Source of the DNA: an uncultured Methanosarcinales archaeon
Lineage (GTDB): Archaea > Nanobdellota > Nanobdellia > Woesearchaeales > GW2011-AR4
Reading direction: 5' to 3'
Assembly (NCBI GenBank): GCA_964650285.1
Contig: CAZYSP010000004.1
Span: 354 to 64,353 of the forward strand
Length of the DNA: 64,000 nt
Shown here: positions 50,782-60,351 of the stretch, one piece after another
Layout of the letters: each line of letters starts with the position of its first letter
How positions within the stretch are numbered: the stretch's first letter is position 1
Position numbers and translations under genes: made by a program
Notes under the pieces: generated by a model
Seen by the model: the letters and a program-made list of their open reading frames with translations, nothing else
The model's database searches: none
Told to the model about the DNA's origin: nothing

Positions 50782-51724
50782 TTTAGCTATAACATTGTCC
50801 ATCTCTTGTGTACTTCTTATCTGCAAACTTTCTCGCAGAACAGCAATAGGATCACCACGTTTTTGTGCCCAATCTGCTAATTTATACATTCCTTGGGCGT
50901 AAGTTGTGTTTCCTCCCCCTACATATTCATCAATGCCAATACCAGATACTGGTGTATTTTTTCTTATCTGCGACATATCTATAGGCAATCCCTTATGCTG
51001 AGCAAAAACATAGGCAAAAAATTCACACCAACCTTCATCTAATCTCTCTAAATCATTCTTACGGTCCAGTAGACGATGGAAGTCCAATACTGGTTGGATT
51101 ATAGGACTAACTATTTCCCGAACATGTTCTGGTAACGAACTAAATGATTTTTGAACTTCTTCTAATTTATAAGGTTTTGAAAGTACTTCATGTGGTTCTA
51201 CTTCTATTCCACACCACCGGAGACCGCTTTTACCATTTCTTTCTATTACATTACTTCCTAAACTAACAGTCTCATTTTCTTTATATTGATTATAAATATT
51301 GGATAAGTTTCTTAAATCCATATAGTAGAAATCATTCGCTGCCTTTCTTGCAGTTGCGTGAGTTTCTCTTAGTTGTTGAAGTACATTATGATATTCAGCA
51401 TTTGCTACCCACAAATCTGCGTGAATAGGATGACCCGTTTCATGTACACTATGTTAGTGTAATTTTGGTCTTGTCAGGAGGTAATGTAACATAAGCTGTA
51501 TCTTTTTTATCCCAATATCCCCTAATTCCTTCTCTTTTTGCTACATATTCTGGTAATGGTTTTATACTTAATTTTGGCCTAGAAGCCCCTAACTCCCTAA
51601 CCGCAAATTCAATTGCTTCTCGGGATACTTGTCTAGCAGCTTCAAGTCTATTTGGAAATCTATGGGATATTACTAGATCACTAACTATTCTTTCAAGTGG
51701 ATTTTTAAAAATATTGTTTGACAT
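50770..51724 (-). pseudogene. Zincin-like metallopeptidase split by a frameshift near 51450
   Basis: HETGH (51430-51444) lies in the downstream frame before its first start codon; downstream DEGWCE third-ligand motif. Confidence 0.72.
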
Positions 51725-51828
51725 AATAATCACTTTTTATTGATTTTGAAACTAAGTTAAATTAACTTATAGAATGGTGATTAATTAAGATATATAAATC
51801 TTTCTATTTTTTAACCACTATCCAGTAA

Positions 51829-52212
51829 CTAAGAAATTAGTACAGCATTAACAGTTCCATCCTGTCCAGGTCTGCTTGTAATTCTTGCCTTGCCTTTTTC
51901 TGTGTCTATTATAGTGCCTTTTGTCATTATGTTTCTTCTTACAAAGTGCCTGTTAGCGGGATTTTCAAGGATTGTCTTTATTTTTATCTGCTCATATTTT
52001 TTGGCTTTAGGGTCAAATAAATTTGCAGTATTTATGCCGAGCAGCCTTGCTTTTCTATTATTACCCATTGTTCTTATATATATTGCCCTTTTTTTCTCTA
52101 GTTTGGTGAGTGCTGGCTCTCTGCCAAGCTCGTATTGCTTTTGCTTTCTTCCCTTTCTCTTATATTTACTGCCACTAAACTTTCTTAAAGACCTTCTTTG
52201 AGAGATTGCCAT
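51829..52212 (-). CDS. rps8e: 30S ribosomal protein S8e
   Basis: RTMGNNRK, NPANRHFVRRNIMTKG, ITSRPGQDG. Confidence 0.97.
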   Translation of the reverse strand: MAISQRRSLRKFSGSKYKRKGRKQKQYELGREPALTKLEKKRAIYIRTMGNNRKARLLGINTANLFDPKAKKYEQIKIKTILENPANRHFVRRNIMTKGTIIDTEKGKARITSRPGQDGTVNAVLIS

Positions 52213-52314
52213 ACCAAAGAGGATATGTGGCTGATTTATAAAAATTTCTAAATTTTTCCATAACCTTTATATATAAATACCACTACTCGTTTTTTTATGT
52301 ATGGAGTGTATTAA

Positions 52315-52542
52315 ATGGTAGAACCTTCTAGACCACTGGATGCTTTGAACAAGGCTCGGGATAAAAGAGTAATTGTTGAACTAAAAAATAACATGCAGTA
52401 TATTGGAAAACTAAAGTCATTTGATATACACATTAATTTAGTGCTTGAAGATGCTGAAGAGCGTGTTGATGGAGAGGTAAAAAGAAAACTTGGTGTAGTA
52501 TTTATCAGGGGAGACACAATAACTATCATATCTCCTGAATAA
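52315..52542 (+). CDS. Sm-like archaeal protein (LSm/SmAP1)
   Basis: RPLDAL, FDIHINLVL, IRGD. Confidence 0.95.
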   Translation: MVEPSRPLDALNKARDKRVIVELKNNMQYIGKLKSFDIHINLVLEDAEERVDGEVKRKLGVVFIRGDTITIISPE

Positions 52543-52562
52543 ATGAATTCTGGGTGTTTAAA

Positions 52563-52727
52563 ATGGTTAAAGGAACTTCATCTATGGGTAAAAAATCTGG
52601 GAAAAAGAACATGATACATTGTCGTCGCTGCGGACTTCGCACATACCACATTAGAAAGAAAAAATGCGCTTCCTGTGGCTATGGTAAGTCTGCAAGACTA
52701 CGTTCTTATAATTGGCAAAAAAAGTGA
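52563..52727 (+). CDS. rpl37e: 50S ribosomal protein L37e (absent from ORF track)
   Basis: MVKGTSSMGKK...CRRCG...CASCGYG; follows the Sm gene as in other archaea. Confidence 0.96.
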   Translation: MVKGTSSMGKKSGKKNMIHCRRCGLRTYHIRKKKCASCGYGKSARLRSYNWQKK

Positions 52728-53035
52728 CCCACAAGCACTGGACATTCACGCATAATAGAAGAAAGAAGCTCATTAAGCTATTTAAAAACAAAAGATTATC
52801 TGAATTTAGGTATCTTCAAGCATTAAAACCAAGCTCTAAAACAATTAAAGAATTGTCTGATTTCTTTAATGTAACATATCGTGCGTCTAATGAGGTTTTA
52901 AAATATTTACAAAAATTTGATCCAATTAAACAAAAAGTTAAGTTTGTTGATAGAGGTAGAAGAAATTATAAAACTAGATATTTTAATTTGTCTGGTAAGG
53001 GGAAGGCGCTACTTAGAGAGCTAAATGGATTATAA
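52712..53035 (+). CDS. Possible winged-helix protein, start uncertain
   Basis: TIKELSDFFNVTY...YFNLSGKGKALL; only a TTG start overlapping L37e. Confidence 0.4.
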   Translation: MAKKVTHKHWTFTHNRRKKLIKLFKNKRLSEFRYLQALKPSSKTIKELSDFFNVTYRASNEVLKYLQKFDPIKQKVKFVDRGRRNYKTRYFNLSGKGKALLRELNGL

Positions 53036-53078
53036 AAACAAAACATTTTAAAATAATATACAAAACTAATTCTATTAT

Positions 53079-53293
53079 GCGGGGATGCCGGAGTGGCCAA
53101 ACGGGACAGAATTAATGTCTAAGCTTAGGTCGCTTATGTAGGTAACCTGTTAGCTTAGTGCTTACGTGGGTTCGAAACAGCTTTTTTGCTTACGCAAAAA
53201 ACCTGGGAAAATGCGGCGAACTTCCCTTTAGTCGTTCACCTAGGATTTTGCTACGCAAAATCAGAAAAGCTGGCGAAAGTCCTACTCCCCGCA
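53079..53293 (+). tRNA. tRNA-Leu(UAG) with three introns (30/31, 13 nt; 37/38, 15 nt; 59/60, 103 nt at 53177-53279)
   Basis: GCGGGGA/UCCCCGC acceptor, A73; spliced anticodon arm ACAGG-CUUAGGA-CCUGU; each intron supplies a BHB central helix (GGAC/GUCU, CUUA/UAGG, UUCG/CGAA). Confidence 0.88.
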
Positions 53294-53303
53294 TCTTATT
53301 AAA

Positions 53304-53660
53304 ATGATTGAATTCATTGTGCCTATTGTATTGATTCTGTTTGTGGTATTCCTGATAATAACATCCCTTAGCTATACCTCATTATTCCTAAACTTAATAA
53401 TTATCATAGCTTTATATTTTTTAATAAGCAAAGATCTAAAAGACAGAGCTAATCATAAATATTATCTCATATCTTTATTCTTAACAGCAATATTCTTTAT
53501 TTTTAGTGGTACAGGTTTTGTAAAAAATTTCCTGTTTTTAACAGAAAAAATGCTGCTTTCCATTGCAATAGTCTCAGTGATAATACTCTATATACTTGTA
53601 CATCTAATATCTTTTGTTTATGAAGCTTATCATCATTTAAAAGAAAAATACAAAAGATGA
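53304..53660 (+). CDS. Hypothetical membrane protein
   Basis: About four hydrophobic segments. Confidence 0.65.
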   Translation: MIEFIVPIVLILFVVFLIITSLSYTSLFLNLIIIIALYFLISKDLKDRANHKYYLISLFLTAIFFIFSGTGFVKNFLFLTEKMLLSIAIVSVIILYILVHLISFVYEAYHHLKEKYKR

Positions 53661-53845
53661 AAATAAATCGGACCAACAAATTATTATTAATAGGGCTTTT
53701 GTTATATATCTTTGCAGGAATTATGGCTATAACCGGATTAAGTTACAGTTCAATTATTCTTCTTGCAGCAATAATATTCCTTGCATTTGGATTCTTTGTA
53801 AATGTAAAGTTTAGGTGGGATAGATCGTTTAAAAAGAAAATTTGA
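53657..53845 (+). CDS. Small two-TM protein
   Basis: ATGA overlap with the upstream gene; two hydrophobic segments. Confidence 0.55.
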   Translation: MKINRTNKLLLIGLLLYIFAGIMAITGLSYSSIILLAAIIFLAFGFFVNVKFRWDRSFKKKI

Positions 53846-53898
53846 GAAATCAAACAAAAAGAAGAAGACAAGAAAATATTAATCCCACAGAAAGTACA

Positions 53899-54399
53899 CT
53901 ATTTACCAAACAAAGGAAACGGTCTTACATCATATACTTCAGCTGATTCACGTAACTCAGTCCTATCCAACACAACATTATCTTGGTCTATTAGTAATGC
54001 TTCAGCTATTGTAGGAACTTTGCGTTCAAATTCCCTTAACCTACTGTCTGCTGTCATTAATGATTCTAAACCTACTCTGATTATTGTTTCTGGAGTATAA
54101 CCATACGAGTCAAAAAATTTATTAACAAAATTTCTATAATTTTCATCTAAGGTAATCTTTCTTTTATTATCCATTAATCCAATATAAACAGTCCCCCAAA
54201 TATAATGAGTGTCAGTTTCACCATTAAACCTTGTCAAATTTTTTTCCATTGAATAAGTCCTTGCTATTACACTAACATATTCTCCAATAGATATTAAATT
54301 AATAAACTCGTTCAAATTTTTACTTTTTACTATGGGTGTATTTACTATGGGTGTATTATATCCATTAATTTGCTCATTGACCCATTTAGTTAGTTGCAT
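53899..54399 (-). CDS. Hypothetical protein with a 15-bp tandem duplication
   Basis: 166-aa ORF; TTTACTATGGGTGTA twice at 54326-54355 (NTPIV twice). Confidence 0.6.
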   Translation of the reverse strand: MQLTKWVNEQINGYNTPIVNTPIVKSKNLNEFINLISIGEYVSVIARTYSMEKNLTRFNGETDTHYIWGTVYIGLMDNKRKITLDENYRNFVNKFFDSYGYTPETIIRVGLESLMTADSRLREFERKVPTIAEALLIDQDNVVLDRTELRESAEVYDVRPFPLFGK

Positions 54400-54618
54400 T
54401 CTAACACCAATCTAAATTTTAAAATTTGTAATTAACAAAAAAATACTTAATACTAATGCATAACACCATTTAAAATTTTCTATTCTAACTTATTAATACC
54501 AATTAACACCAAAACCCAGCGGAAAACAAATTTACTCAAAAATACAATTTTTTACACCAACTTCATTAGTTTCCAAAACCTATTTAAACTAAATCAATAA
54601 TCAAAATATTGTGTTAAA

Positions 54619-56961
54619 ATGGGTGGTGTTGATAGCAAACTAATAGATATAGAAGCTATGTCAGATGCAGATTTACAAAATTTTCTGAAAAAAAATGCTG
54701 TTTCTTTAACAACATCAGAAGCAAGAAGAATTACAGAGCTAATTGGAAGAAATCCAACATTAACAGAGCTGCATATTTTCAACATACAATGGTCAGAGCA
54801 CTCCAGCTACAAAAGCTCAAGAGCAGTTTTAAAAATGTTGCCAACACAAGCTCCAAATGTCATTTTAGGCCCTGTAGAAGACTCTGGAATTATAGAGCTA
54901 GGAAAAATAAACAATGAAAAGTATGGAATTGTTGTAAGCATGGAATCCCATAATCATCCTTCTCAAGTTGTTCCTTATGAAGGAGCAGCAACAGGTATTG
55001 GTGGAATCTTAAGAGATGTTTTATGCATGGGAGCAAAAATAATAGCAACAGCTGACCCATTAAGGTTTGGCAATCCAAATGGAATAAATAAAAACAAAAC
55101 AAAATATATTGCAAATGAGGTCATAAATGGAATAGCTGGCTATGGAAATGCTGTTGGAATACCAAACCTTGCTGGAGATGTTTATTTTAATGAAAGTTTT
55201 GATGATAACTGCTTAGTAAACGTAGTTTGCTTAGGTATTCTAAAAGAAAAAGACATTATTCATAGCTATGCTCCAAAAAACACAGAAAATTATGATATAA
55301 TAATTGTAGGAAAGCCAACTGATAATTCCGGTTTTGGGGGAGCTGCTTTTGCTTCCTTAGTGTTAGATGAAGGAGAGGAAGAGTACAATAAAGGCGCAGT
55401 TCAGGTTCCAGACCCTTTCCTGAAAAATGTTTTGATAAGGGCAACTTATGAAGTGTTTAAAGCAGCAAAAAAACAAAATATCAAATTAGGGTTTAAGGAT
55501 ATGGGCGCTGGAGGAATAATGTGCGCTTCTTCAGAGCTATGCTCGGATGCAGATTATGGGGCTGAGATTAATCTTGACAAAGTTCATGTTTCAATGAAAA
55601 ATTTACCACCATACATTATATTCTGCTCTGAAACTCAGGAAAGATTTACCTGGCTCTGTCCAAAAAGATTTACAAAAACTTTGTTAAAAATTTACAATGA
55701 TGATTTTGCTTTATCTACAATAGCAGAAAATGCACGTGCTGTAGTAATAGGAAAAGTAACCAAAAACCAGGATTATAAAATCAGGAATAAAGGAAAAATT
55801 GTTTGTAATGTTCCAATAAAAACCGTGACAAGGGGCATACAATATAATAGAGAAATTAAAAAACCAGTAAGAGAATTTAATGAGCCAGTACTTGACGAGC
55901 CAAAAAATTACAATGAAATTGCATTGAAAATATTAAACCATCCCAATATTGCTTCTAAAGAAAAATGTTACAAGCACTATGACAGGAATGTTATTGGAAA
56001 CACAATTATCGAACCAGGACAGGCAGATGCTGGATTAATCAGAGCTGTGCCTAAAAGCAAATATGGAATTGCTTTATCTGTTGATTCAAATCCAAGATAC
56101 AACAGGATAAACTCTTATTTAGGTGCAGTAAATGCAGTTGCAGAGAGCATGAGGAATATTGCTGCTATTGGTGCTGTTCCTGCTGCATTAACTGACTGCT
56201 TAAATTATGGAAACCCGGAAAAACCAGAGCAATTTTATGATTTTGTTGAAGGTGTTAAAGGAATTAAGATAGCAGCTGAAAACCTTTATCTTAGAAATAC
56301 AAAAGGTCCAGTACCAATAGTTTCTGGAAATGTAAGCTTTTACAATGAAAGCTCTAAAGGCTCTTCAATTGATCCAAGTGCTGTTATTGCATGCATTGGA
56401 GTAATGAAAAATTATGAAAAAGCAATTACAATGAAAATAAAGGAAGCAAAAACTAATCTATTTCTAGTTGGAAACAGAAAAGATGAACTTGGAGGAAGTG
56501 TTTATTATGAAATTAACAATGAATTAGGGGCTAATGTGCCTGAAATTGACTTTCAACAGCAAAGAAATATGATTTATGCTATAATAAATTGTATTGAAAA
56601 TAACTTATTCTCAAGCTGCCATGATATCTCTGATGGTGGTTTATTTACAACAATAGCTGAAATGATTTTGGGAGGAAATGCTGATGGAAAAATTGGAGCA
56701 TTGATTAATATTGACTCGGATTTAAGGAACGACAAAATATTATTCTCAGAAACACCAGGGTTTGTTTTTGAAGTTGAAAATAAGAACATAAGCAAAGTAA
56801 AATCAATTTTTAAAAAATATAATTTGGAAATAAACAATATAGGAAAAACAATGAAAAATGATTCATTAATTATAATTAACAATAATAAAGAAATTATAAA
56901 TTTAAAAATTGAAAAATTAAAGCAAGCTTGGACAAGTGGTTTTGTCGACGCATTGAAATAA
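54619..56961 (+). CDS. purL: FGAM synthase subunit PurL (small type)
   Basis: WSEHSSYKSS, ESHNHPS...PYEGAATG, DMGAGG, SETQER, VSGNVSFYN. Confidence 0.97.
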   Translation: MGGVDSKLIDIEAMSDADLQNFLKKNAVSLTTSEARRITELIGRNPTLTELHIFNIQWSEHSSYKSSRAVLKMLPTQAPNVILGPVEDSGIIELGKINNEKYGIVVSMESHNHPSQVVPYEGAATGIGGILRDVLCMGAKIIATADPLRFGNPNGINKNKTKYIANEVINGIAGYGNAVGIPNLAGDVYFNESFDDNCLVNVVCLGILKEKDIIHSYAPKNTENYDIIIVGKPTDNSGFGGAAFASLVLDEGEEEYNKGAVQVPDPFLKNVLIRATYEVFKAAKKQNIKLGFKDMGAGGIMCASSELCSDADYGAEINLDKVHVSMKNLPPYIIFCSETQERFTWLCPKRFTKTLLKIYNDDFALSTIAENARAVVIGKVTKNQDYKIRNKGKIVCNVPIKTVTRGIQYNREIKKPVREFNEPVLDEPKNYNEIALKILNHPNIASKEKCYKHYDRNVIGNTIIEPGQADAGLIRAVPKSKYGIALSVDSNPRYNRINSYLGAVNAVAESMRNIAAIGAVPAALTDCLNYGNPEKPEQFYDFVEGVKGIKIAAENLYLRNTKGPVPIVSGNVSFYNESSKGSSIDPSAVIACIGVMKNYEKAITMKIKEAKTNLFLVGNRKDELGGSVYYEINNELGANVPEIDFQQQRNMIYAIINCIENNLFSSCHDISDGGLFTTIAEMILGGNADGKIGALINIDSDLRNDKILFSETPGFVFEVENKNISKVKSIFKKYNLEINNIGKTMKNDSLIIINNNKEIINLKIEKLKQAWTSGFVDALK

Positions 56962-57049
56962 AGCACAATAAAAATAATACAATAATTAAAATTCAATTAA
57001 AAAATAAAAAACCAATCATTGAAAAATAAATAATAAAAAAACCATTAAT

Positions 57050-57166
57050 AGCGACGCAAAATGATTGGTTTATCAATAATAAATTTTTCAATGCCAAATA
57101 ATATTAAGTTAAAAATAAAATAATGAATTAATAAATAATTGTGAACTTAGAAAATAACTAATAAAA
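57050..57166 (+). repeat. AT-rich dispersed intergenic repeat, copy B
   Basis: Aligns with the reverse complement of 49338-49440. Confidence 0.75.
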
Positions 57167-57943
57167 ATGTCAAAACCCAAAATTGCAGTCCTGTATTTTC
57201 CCGGCAATAATTGCGAGGAAGAAACCAGAGATAGATGCATTGATGTCGGTATGGAAGCAAAAATCATAAGATGGAATTCTAAAGAAAAACTAAGCAGTTA
57301 TGATGGTTTCATTATTCCAGGAGGGTTTTCTTATGAGGATAGGGTACGTGCAGGAATTATTGCAGCAAAAGAGAAAATAATGGATAAAATTCAGGAGGAA
57401 GTAAAAGATGGAAAGCCTTTATTGGGCATTTGTAATGGAGCCCAAGTTTTAGTAGAAACAGGATTGATTCCTGGATTAAAGAATAATGTTGAGATGGCCC
57501 TTGCACCCAATATTAATCCTTTGGTTTCCGGGTATTATTGTGCCTGGGTCAATATAAAAAACATTAATGGAAAAAACTGTGCATTTAATTATTATTATAA
57601 TAAAAATGAAATAATAAAAATTCCGGTTGCGCATGGCGAGGGCAGATTTACAACAAAAAATAAGGCATTGGTTAAAAAATTAGAGAAAAATAAGCAAATA
57701 ATATTCAAATATTGTGACAATAATGGAAAAATTAATGAGAAATATCCAATAAATCCTAATGGTGCTGTTAATAACATTGCTGCTATATCAAACAAGCAGG
57801 GAAATGTAATGGCAATAATGCCGCATCCTGAACGTGCCTCTTTTAACTGGCAGATTCCCAACACAAAAAAAGATAGTGAAAAAGCAAATGGAATAAAAAT
57901 ATTTGGCTCTATGAAAAAGTATATTGAGGAAAAAATAATATGA
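57167..57943 (+). CDS. purQ: FGAM synthase glutaminase subunit
   Basis: FPGNNCE, PGGFSYED, GICNGAQ, HGEG, MPHPER. Confidence 0.97.
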   Translation: MSKPKIAVLYFPGNNCEEETRDRCIDVGMEAKIIRWNSKEKLSSYDGFIIPGGFSYEDRVRAGIIAAKEKIMDKIQEEVKDGKPLLGICNGAQVLVETGLIPGLKNNVEMALAPNINPLVSGYYCAWVNIKNINGKNCAFNYYYNKNEIIKIPVAHGEGRFTTKNKALVKKLEKNKQIIFKYCDNNGKINEKYPINPNGAVNNIAAISNKQGNVMAIMPHPERASFNWQIPNTKKDSEKANGIKIFGSMKKYIEEKII

Positions 57944-58419
57944 CAACTGTAGAAATGATTGTAAGCCTGAAAGTGCCGGATAATGTTGCAATTACCGCAT
58001 TTAATACTCTAAAAAGGAGGGGTTATAAATTTAAAAAACTTGAAAGAGCTGATTATTATAAATTCGATGTAAAAGACAAAATTGAAATTTTTAAGGAAAA
58101 AATAAGCAATACAGATATTTTAGTCAATGCCAATAAAAATAAATTTTCATTTTCAATAAACAACAATAATAATAAAAATAAAAAAACCAAAAAAACGAAT
58201 TTTAAAAAAATTAATGTTTTAATACAAGATTTAGATAATGGCTCTGGTTTATTATCAACTTTAAAGGATAGATTGGGCTTTACAAATATTAAAAAACTTG
58301 AAAAAGGCATTTTGTGGACAATGTATTTTGACAAAAAAATTAATGCTAAAAAGATTGCTATAGAAATTACAAAAAACTTATTAATGAATGAACATTACCA
58401 GGAGTATAAGATATTGTGA
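57940..58419 (+). CDS. purS: Double-length PurS
   Basis: Two PurS-like halves, ending KNLLMNEHYQEY; located in the pur operon. Confidence 0.78.
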   Translation: MTTVEMIVSLKVPDNVAITAFNTLKRRGYKFKKLERADYYKFDVKDKIEIFKEKISNTDILVNANKNKFSFSINNNNNKNKKTKKTNFKKINVLIQDLDNGSGLLSTLKDRLGFTNIKKLEKGILWTMYFDKKINAKKIAIEITKNLLMNEHYQEYKIL

Positions 58420-58439
58420 TAAAAAGCAGGTGGTTGTTA

Positions 58440-59207
58440 ATGGCAGATGTTTTGGTTTTATTCGGCTCAAAATCAGATGGAGAGACTTACAAACAAATTA
58501 CTAAGATTCTTGACAGGGAAAAAGTGAGCTATGAGCTAAAAATAGCAAGCGCCCATAAAACTCCTGGCGATGTTGATAATATACTAAGGCAGGACTATAA
58601 GCTCATAATTTCAGGCGCTGGTTTATCTGCAGCGCTGCCTGGTGTTGTTGCAGCAAAAACTATAAGACCTATAATTGGAGTTCCTTGCCAGGGAAGCTAT
58701 CAGGGTTTAGATGCTTTGCTTTCCATTATGCAGATGCCGCCTGGAATTCCTGTTTTAAGCGTGGGTGTTGGAAAAGCAGATGTTGCAGCTTACTCAGCAA
58801 TAAAAATTCTTAAAAATACAAAAAAGGTTGTTTTGCTTGGAGACAAAAATAACAATGCATTTAGAAAAGCAGAAGAAATTTTAAGACAATTTAATGTTAA
58901 TCATGCACATTCAATGCAAGTGGCAGATAATGCAATAAATATTGCTTTTGTTTATTTTGATGAGCCAATAGAAAAGAAAGAACAGCTTGTAATTTACTGC
59001 CCATTGTCAATGGAAGATGATGACAAGGCAGAAGCTTCCTTAAACTTGTTGAAGCATTCTGACCATGGTTTGTGGGTTGGACTTAACAATGGAACTAATG
59101 CTGCTTTAGCTGCAATAGAAATTTTGAATATTGACAACAGCTATGAGCAAAAACTTGTTGATTACAGAAGGGAAATTGGAGATAGGGTAAGGGATTACAA
59201 TAAATAA
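58440..59207 (+). CDS. purE: N5-CAIR mutase/AIR carboxylase with a degenerate second domain
   Basis: GSKSD, SAHKTP, AGLSAALPG, IMQMPPGIPV; about 100 extra C-terminal aa ending NNGTNAALAAIEIL. Confidence 0.9.
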   Translation: MADVLVLFGSKSDGETYKQITKILDREKVSYELKIASAHKTPGDVDNILRQDYKLIISGAGLSAALPGVVAAKTIRPIIGVPCQGSYQGLDALLSIMQMPPGIPVLSVGVGKADVAAYSAIKILKNTKKVVLLGDKNNNAFRKAEEILRQFNVNHAHSMQVADNAINIAFVYFDEPIEKKEQLVIYCPLSMEDDDKAEASLNLLKHSDHGLWVGLNNGTNAALAAIEILNIDNSYEQKLVDYRREIGDRVRDYNK

Positions 59208-59316
59208 AAACAATAGAGTTCAGAAACAGAATAATGATTATTTGATTAAAATAAATAGCAAATAATGAGTTAACAAATAATTGTGAACATAAGATAAAAA
59301 ATAAATTCAATGTAAA
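59205..59316 (+). repeat. AT-rich dispersed intergenic repeat, copy C
   Basis: AATGATTATTTGATTAAAATA...CAAATAATTGTGAACATAAG. Confidence 0.65.
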
Positions 59317-60285
59317 ATGCTATCAGACGAAATTTTAAAACAGCAATTAGGAAGTACACTGGAAAAAACTGATCTTAAAATAGGAAAGAAATATGAGGCC
59401 AAGGTAAGGGACAACTATGTTCTTGATGGCAAGAGATTAATAATAACTACTGACAGGATTTCTGCTTTTGACCGCGTTCTGTGTACAATCCCGTTTAAAG
59501 GCCAGGTTTTAAACCAAACATCTGCATTTTGGTTTGAAAAGACAAAAGATATTGTAAAAAACCATGTAATTGATGTTCCTGACCCTAATGTTATGGTTGT
59601 TAATGAATGCAAATTGCTTCCAGTAGAGATGGTTGTAAGGGGCTATATAACTGGTGTAACAAAAACATCAGCATGGTATAATTATGAAAAGCGTGTTAGG
59701 AATTTCTGCGGTAATATTTTGCCAGAAGGCATGAAAAAGAACCAGAAGTTTGACAAACCAATAATAACGCCATCCACAAAAGCTGAAAAAGGGGGACATG
59801 ACGAATCACTTTCAGGCGAAGAAATGATTAAAAGAGGTATAGTTGATGAAAAAATATACAGAGAAATGGAAAAAGCAGCTTTAGCATTGTTTAATTTTGG
59901 GAATGAATTAGTTGAGAAAAATAATTTAATCCTTGTCGATACAAAATATGAGTTTGGTTTGGACAAAGATGGAAATTTAACCTTAATTGACGAAATACAT
60001 ACACCAGATTCATCTAGATTCTGGATAAAAGATACTTATGGGAAATTATTTTCTCAAAACAAAGAACCGGAAAAATTAGATAAGGAATATGTAAGACAGT
60101 TTTTGGCAGAAAAAGGATTTATTGGTGATGGAGAAATACCGGAAATACCAGATGATGTTAAAGTTGAGGCTGCAAAACGATACATAAAAGCTTATGAAAT
60201 GATTACAGGACAGGATTTTGAAGTTAAGACTGAGGATGTGCTGGAAAGGATAAATAGGAATATTCAAAAATATTTGTCTTCATAG
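59317..60285 (+). CDS. purC: SAICAR synthetase
   Basis: KVRD, TDRISAFD, KGQVLNQ, TPSTKA, DTKYEFG, DEIHTPDSSR. Confidence 0.97.
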   Translation: MLSDEILKQQLGSTLEKTDLKIGKKYEAKVRDNYVLDGKRLIITTDRISAFDRVLCTIPFKGQVLNQTSAFWFEKTKDIVKNHVIDVPDPNVMVVNECKLLPVEMVVRGYITGVTKTSAWYNYEKRVRNFCGNILPEGMKKNQKFDKPIITPSTKAEKGGHDESLSGEEMIKRGIVDEKIYREMEKAALALFNFGNELVEKNNLILVDTKYEFGLDKDGNLTLIDEIHTPDSSRFWIKDTYGKLFSQNKEPEKLDKEYVRQFLAEKGFIGDGEIPEIPDDVKVEAAKRYIKAYEMITGQDFEVKTEDVLERINRNIQKYLSS

Positions 60286-60351
60286 TAGCAGATTTGCGGA
60301 ATTTTAGGAGATGTTAATCCACCTTGGTCCTTGTAAGTCGGTATTTATTCT

